Shown: piece after piece, positions 45,579 through 49,804 of the stretch
How positions within the stretch are numbered: the first letter of the stretch is position 1
How the letters are laid out: each line of letters begins with the position of its first letter
Sequence record: DRR723986_6629
Direction: 5' to 3' (one strand)
DNA length: 49,804 nucleotides
Notes under the pieces: generated by a model
Databases searched by the model: none
Told to the model about the DNA's origin: nothing
Seen by the model: the letters and a program-made list of their open reading frames with translations, nothing else
Translations under genes and position numbers: made by a program

Positions 45579-45761
45579 ATTCCCCGACATTTGCAATTGG
45601 TACATCAATAGGCAAGACTCGCCTGCAAATCAGGGTTAACGACCATGGACATGGGATGCCGCATTGCCGGTGCGGCGGTGGCCCGCTATTTACCATGCGC
45701 CAATCCTGCCATCTGACGAAACGTCGTTGATGACAACTTTAAGAGCAAAGGAGATGTTCTG

Positions 45762-46817
45762 ATGCAATTGCGATCCGCTGTTTTGGCGTCACTGCTGGTA
45801 TTGTGCTCACAGGCGCGGGCAGATATCCCGGATATCGATTCCTCCGAGTGGTCCACTGACCCACGTGACTATGGCATGAGTCCCGGGGAATACATTCAGT
45901 CCGAGTCCCGTGCGTTTTTCCACGACTTTCTCTCTCGCTCCGGACTAAACAGGTTTTACCACTTCCAGGGCCTTACCAATGCTGCGGATCGTTGGGTGGT
46001 GTCGCCGAACAATGACACGATTTACTCCATTACCGTGGTAAACGCCTCTCAGGGATTCACCTTGAAACTGCCCGACGTTGGCGAACGCTTTATCTCTGCG
46101 CAAATCATCACCGAAAACCACATGACGCCTTTCTACATCTATGGTGGCGGTGTTCACAGTTTTTCAGCAGATGATTTCGATACGAGGTTCGTGGGGGTCG
46201 GAATACGAATTGGCACCGATGGCTCCACCGAGGATGTCAAAAAAGTCATCGAGACATTACAGCCACAGTACACCATTGAAGGCGCAGCCAACGATGATTC
46301 CCTGCCTCCCGTGGATATGGCAATACTCAAGCAGGTGCGTGAAGCCATGATCGCCGAGTATTCAAAGCTGGCGGACAGCTTCGACACCATGGTAAAGCGC
46401 ACTGAGGACGTCAAAGACTGGGAGAGATTCACCTACGTAACCGCAGGGGCCTGGGGACTCTCTGCCGATGAGAACGCCATGTACGCCATCGGTGGACCGA
46501 CAAATGCAGAGGGCGGAGCGTGCTACACGGCCAGCTTCTCCAAAGTGCCGGCCAAGGCGTTCTTCTCCATCACTGTCTACGGTCCGGAGAAATATCTGAT
46601 GACCGACGAGCACAATATTGTGAGCTCGAATCGGGGCATCAAACTCAAGGAGGACGGCAGCTTTGATGTCGCCTTCGGTGATAAGCAATGCAGACAGCAG
46701 GCCGACAACTATGTCGCGACGCCGGAGGATGGCTGGAGCTTTCTTCTGCGAGCCTACCGACCCGATGTCAAAGCCTTCAACGCCTACGAATTACCTGAAA
46801 TCACCCGGGTAGAGTGA
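45762..46817 (+). CDS. DUF1254/DUF1214 family exported protein
   Basis: Signal peptide, VVSPNNDTIYS, AFFSITVY, DGS..V.FG and GWSFLLRAYRP motifs. Confidence 0.82.
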   Translation: MQLRSAVLASLLVLCSQARADIPDIDSSEWSTDPRDYGMSPGEYIQSESRAFFHDFLSRSGLNRFYHFQGLTNAADRWVVSPNNDTIYSITVVNASQGFTLKLPDVGERFISAQIITENHMTPFYIYGGGVHSFSADDFDTRFVGVGIRIGTDGSTEDVKKVIETLQPQYTIEGAANDDSLPPVDMAILKQVREAMIAEYSKLADSFDTMVKRTEDVKDWERFTYVTAGAWGLSADENAMYAIGGPTNAEGGACYTASFSKVPAKAFFSITVYGPEKYLMTDEHNIVSSNRGIKLKEDGSFDVAFGDKQCRQQADNYVATPEDGWSFLLRAYRPDVKAFNAYELPEITRVE

Positions 46818-46878
46818 CGTCTCCGCGCTTCCCCGGTCGCATCCACTGCTTCCGGGCAAGCTGCAAACGCTACCGAGA

Positions 46879-48492
46879 TTAAAGCTGTGATTCTGGCACA
46901 ATCAGCGACATAAAACGGGTGCTGAAACGCTTCCAGGCCGTGGTATCGGGCTCCGTGGAAACCCGGCGTAACTCCCCCTCCTCCATCGTCACCCATTCGA
47001 TCTTGCCGTCTTCATCGAGTTCGACTTGATAGGCGATCGCCAGGATGTCAGTCTCAAATACGTCAGAGAGATACTGTGCGAGTTCGGGGCTTTCGAAATA
47101 CGCGCCCAGTTCGGTATTCAAAGCAATGGATCGCGGGTCCAGGTTGAAGGAGCCGACAAATATGTACCTGCGGTCAAAGCCGAACAGCTTGGCATGCAGG
47201 CTGGACCTTGAGGCGCCGATCCTGTTTCGCTGTTTGCGATACTTGCCTTCAGCCTCATGCGCCGCCGCCTTGAACTCGTACAGTGTCACACCACCGGCCA
47301 CCAGATCCTTGCGGTAGCGCATATAGCCGGCATGCACCAGGGGCACGTCATTGGCCTGCAGTGAATTGGTCAGGATACGTACCTGCACTCCCTTGTCGAC
47401 CAAACCGATAAGGTAGGCCGTCAAATCTTCCCCGGGCACAAAATAAGGCGATACGATGATCAACTCCTCACGGGTTCTCTGCATACCCTCCGCGAGCTTC
47501 GGGGCCAGATGGGTAGCCGAGCTTACTTCCCCGGCCTCGACCTTGCTGGGCTGGTCGTAGGCCAGCATCCACTCCGACCAGCTGTATTCAAACTCCCCAA
47601 GGCTTTTTATCTGCGAGGTTTCCATTGCCATGAGAATCTGGGCATAGCGACTGCTCCCCGCTGCTTCCAAAAAAGCCCTGGATTCCAGTCTGGCTGCTTC
47701 GATCTGTGCCTGGCTGGGGGGCTGCTCCGGTGCAAATGCCGCCAATGGATAAACCCACTCGCTGTTCCAGTACAGGTCGAACTGCTCTGACACTTCCTGC
47801 ACTATGGGTCCTACTGCCAACGCATCCATATCGCCAAAGTCGAGGTCTTCCGTGGCCGCGAAGTATTCGTCGCCTATGTTGCGGCCGCCAAAAATTGTGG
47901 CGACATTGTCAGCCGTCAGCGTTTTGTTGTGCATCCGCCGATTGATGCGCCGCGTGTCGGCGACGAAGTCCCGCGCCCGGCGCTCCCGACTGGAGAAGGG
48001 ATTGAAGAGCCTGATCTCCAGATTAGGATGCGCATCCAGCAGGAAAAGGACATCGTCCTTTCCCGCAGTGTCCAGGTCGTCGAGCAGCAGTCGCACCCGC
48101 ACACCGCGGTCGGCAGCCTGCAACAGCATCTCATGCAGAACCCGGCCGGTAAGGTCGGAGTGCCAGATGTAGTACTGCAGATCGAGAGATTTTTCCGCCG
48201 CCATCACCAGCCGCAAGCGGCTTGCATAGGCATCCTCACCCTGACCCAGGATATGGAAGCCGGACAGTTCCGGGTTTTCCTCCACCAAGGGCTGAAGCTG
48301 GCGCCACAAGAGGGTATCGCGGTTGTCCTCAAGGACGAAAGAAGGGGTGCGCTCGACGCTCTCAGGAAGAGATACACAGGCGCTCAGAAGAAGCGCCGTG
48401 GTTAAAAGCCAGAGAATCCTGCAGCTTGTTGCCCCGCTTGGCCTGAGCCAGTTCCCGGCATGAAGGAATGCAAAAAACGGCCTGTCAGTCAT
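46879..48492 (-). CDS. Phospholipase D family lipoprotein (cardiolipin synthase ClsC/YmdC-like)
   Basis: Two HKD motifs (RMHNKTLTAD, SLHAKLFGFD), GSFNLDPRS..LNTE, LDLQYYIW, lipobox LSAC; start uncertain. Confidence 0.9.
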   Translation of the reverse strand: MTDRPFFAFLHAGNWLRPSGATSCRILWLLTTALLLSACVSLPESVERTPSFVLEDNRDTLLWRQLQPLVEENPELSGFHILGQGEDAYASRLRLVMAAEKSLDLQYYIWHSDLTGRVLHEMLLQAADRGVRVRLLLDDLDTAGKDDVLFLLDAHPNLEIRLFNPFSSRERRARDFVADTRRINRRMHNKTLTADNVATIFGGRNIGDEYFAATEDLDFGDMDALAVGPIVQEVSEQFDLYWNSEWVYPLAAFAPEQPPSQAQIEAARLESRAFLEAAGSSRYAQILMAMETSQIKSLGEFEYSWSEWMLAYDQPSKVEAGEVSSATHLAPKLAEGMQRTREELIIVSPYFVPGEDLTAYLIGLVDKGVQVRILTNSLQANDVPLVHAGYMRYRKDLVAGGVTLYEFKAAAHEAEGKYRKQRNRIGASRSSLHAKLFGFDRRYIFVGSFNLDPRSIALNTELGAYFESPELAQYLSDVFETDILAIAYQVELDEDGKIEWVTMEEGELRRVSTEPDTTAWKRFSTRFMSLIVPESQL

Positions 48493-48842
48493 AAGCGATT
48501 CCAAACTACTGCTTCGAGGATCATACCCCAGCACTGAGGTGCCGGCCAAAGACCCTATAACAATAGCAATTTGAACCAAGGTTTTGCCCAACATAGAAAA
48601 ACATACCCTGTCATACTGAGTATGCTCGCTTTTTGAGCCCATGCGAGCGCTGCCCGCACTGACGATATAGCGGACATCTGAATTCTTTCTATAACGCCGG
48701 ATACAGCTAACAAATTGACAGATACCAGATTTTCAATCACTTTCCGGGATGCATCTGGCAACTAGCAAGATACCGTTGCCCTGAAGGCAATTCTGCATTC
48801 AGCCTTTTGAGCCCAATGGGTAAGACGAATTTCAGGAAAGGC

Positions 48843-49223
48843 ATGTTTGATCACATCGTATTCGGCGTTAGTAATTACACAGCGAGCAGGGATTTTTTTC
48901 TCAGGGCGCTAAAACCGCTGGGCCTGACTGTAGTATCTGAGGATTCGCTTGGGATTGAGCTTTGTCGACCCAACAACAATGCATCACTCTGCATCCGCCG
49001 AGACGGAAATGCAGCGGCGCATTTACACTTGGCATTCAAGGCCGAAAATCGCGGCCAGGTTGAAAGCTTTTACAGAGAGGCTATCGCGGCGGGCGCCAAA
49101 GCCAACGGCGCCCCCGGTCTTCGCCCGCAATACCATGCTGACTACTATGCTGCGTTTGTCATCGGTCCGGACGGACACAACATTGAAGTGGTTTGTCATG
49201 AACCCGAAAACCTTTCAGGGTAA
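48843..49223 (+). CDS. VOC (glyoxalase/bleomycin resistance) family protein
   Basis: MFDHIVFGV, HLAF.A, NGAPGLRPQYH and YYAAFVIGPDGHNIEVVCH motifs. Confidence 0.9.
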   Translation: MFDHIVFGVSNYTASRDFFLRALKPLGLTVVSEDSLGIELCRPNNNASLCIRRDGNAAAHLHLAFKAENRGQVESFYREAIAAGAKANGAPGLRPQYHADYYAAFVIGPDGHNIEVVCHEPENLSG

Positions 49224-49228
49224 GTCCT

Positions 49229-49678
49229 ATGACAGATTCAGAACTGAGCAAACGCCTTCTGGACGAACGCAACATCATTGCATGGACCTATGCCTACGCG
49301 ACTGCGCTGGACAGCAAGGCCTTCGATGATCTCGGCGCCCTGTTTACCGACGACATCCAGACGGACTACGGCGGTTATCAATGCGACGGTATGGGTGAAG
49401 TCCTGCATATGGTGGTATCCCATCTGGCCGGCTGTGGGCCCACACAGCACCTTTTCAGCAATCACAGGATAAACATCCAGGGTGACACGGCAGAGGTCGC
49501 CTTCTACGCCAATATCATGCACGCAGGCCTCGGGGACCAGAGCGATACACTGCTCACTATCTGGAGCGAGTACAGCGGCGTGTTCCTGCGTGATGGACAG
49601 GGCTGGCGAGCGTCACGGTTCAACCAGAATCCGATCAAGATGCAGGGCGATATGTCGATTCTGCAGGGTCCACAGTAA
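49229..49678 (+). CDS. NTF2/SnoaL-like family protein
   Basis: LLDERNI...YAYATALD, GPTQHLFSN and Y.....R...GWR motifs. Confidence 0.85.
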   Translation: MTDSELSKRLLDERNIIAWTYAYATALDSKAFDDLGALFTDDIQTDYGGYQCDGMGEVLHMVVSHLAGCGPTQHLFSNHRINIQGDTAEVAFYANIMHAGLGDQSDTLLTIWSEYSGVFLRDGQGWRASRFNQNPIKMQGDMSILQGPQ

Positions 49679-49736
49679 GTCGTCAGCCGAGACGATATCG
49701 ACCTGTGCGCGCAGCGTAAGTCCCGCCACCAGGCGC

Positions 49737-49769
49737 AAAAAAAAGCCCCACCGGATGGGTGAGGCTTTT
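49737..49769. terminator. Rho-independent terminator for the tRNA, possibly bidirectional
   Basis: A8-GCCCCACC...GGGTGAGGCTTTT imperfect stem with flanking A/T tracts. Confidence 0.7.
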
Positions 49770-49775
49770 CGAATA

Positions 49776-49804
49776 TGGCGGAGCGGACGGGACTCGAACC
49801 CGCG
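49776..49804 (-). tRNA. tRNA-Asp, 3' end (partial; anticodon outside the window)
   Basis: Reverse complement CGCGGGTTCGAGTCCCGTCCGCTCCGCCA: T-arm, acceptor stem, G discriminator and CCA typical of proteobacterial tRNA-Asp. Confidence 0.85.

Noticed and set aside
48555-48761. 68-aa minus-strand ORF in the AT-rich spacer, and a GGCAAC-N12-GTTGCC inverted repeat at 48757-48780
   Set aside because: No clear RBS or motif for the ORF; the repeat is short and single-copy
1-49804. CRISPR arrays, IS elements, prophage or defence systems
   Set aside because: No regularly spaced repeats, transposase, integrase or phage-like ORFs seen by eye

Overview
High-GC window from a gammaproteobacterium; the gene content suggests a marine OM60/NOR5 (Halieaceae-like) organism, which is an inference. 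Left (1-10.8 kb): housekeeping genes (pepN partial, DUF2797, YeaC, rhomboid, nadK, DUF1853, DUF3313, lipA, DUF805, dbpA), a Baeyer-Villiger monooxygenase and an orphan lipoprotein. Centre (about 11.0-37.8 kb): a large uncharacterised catabolic region with two TonB-dependent receptors, four NTF2/SnoaL-like proteins, three SDRs, a second BVMO, an ACAD10/11-LvaAC-like kinase/dehydrogenase module, a CoA ligase-split hydratase-Cys-less thiolase/DUF35 module, LLM and Rieske oxygenases, GST and a quinohaemoprotein dehydrogenase. One NTF2 protein closely resembles the HCH dehydrochlorinase LinA. The region has two TetR regulators, and two different palindromic operators, each present twice at promoters, can be read directly from the DNA (ACTTGCT-N11-AGCAWGT and TTGAAT-N3-ATTCAA). 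Right (38-49.8 kb): asparaginase, a ttpB-ttpC-exbB-exbD-tonB-ttpD operon with an FNR-like box at -41.5, MscL with a C-terminal Zn ribbon, DUF1254, a PLD/ClsC-like lipoprotein, a VOC protein, a fifth SnoaL-like gene and the 3' end of tRNA-Asp. No CRISPR array, transposase or integrase was seen. All family calls are by-eye motif recognition; no searches were run.
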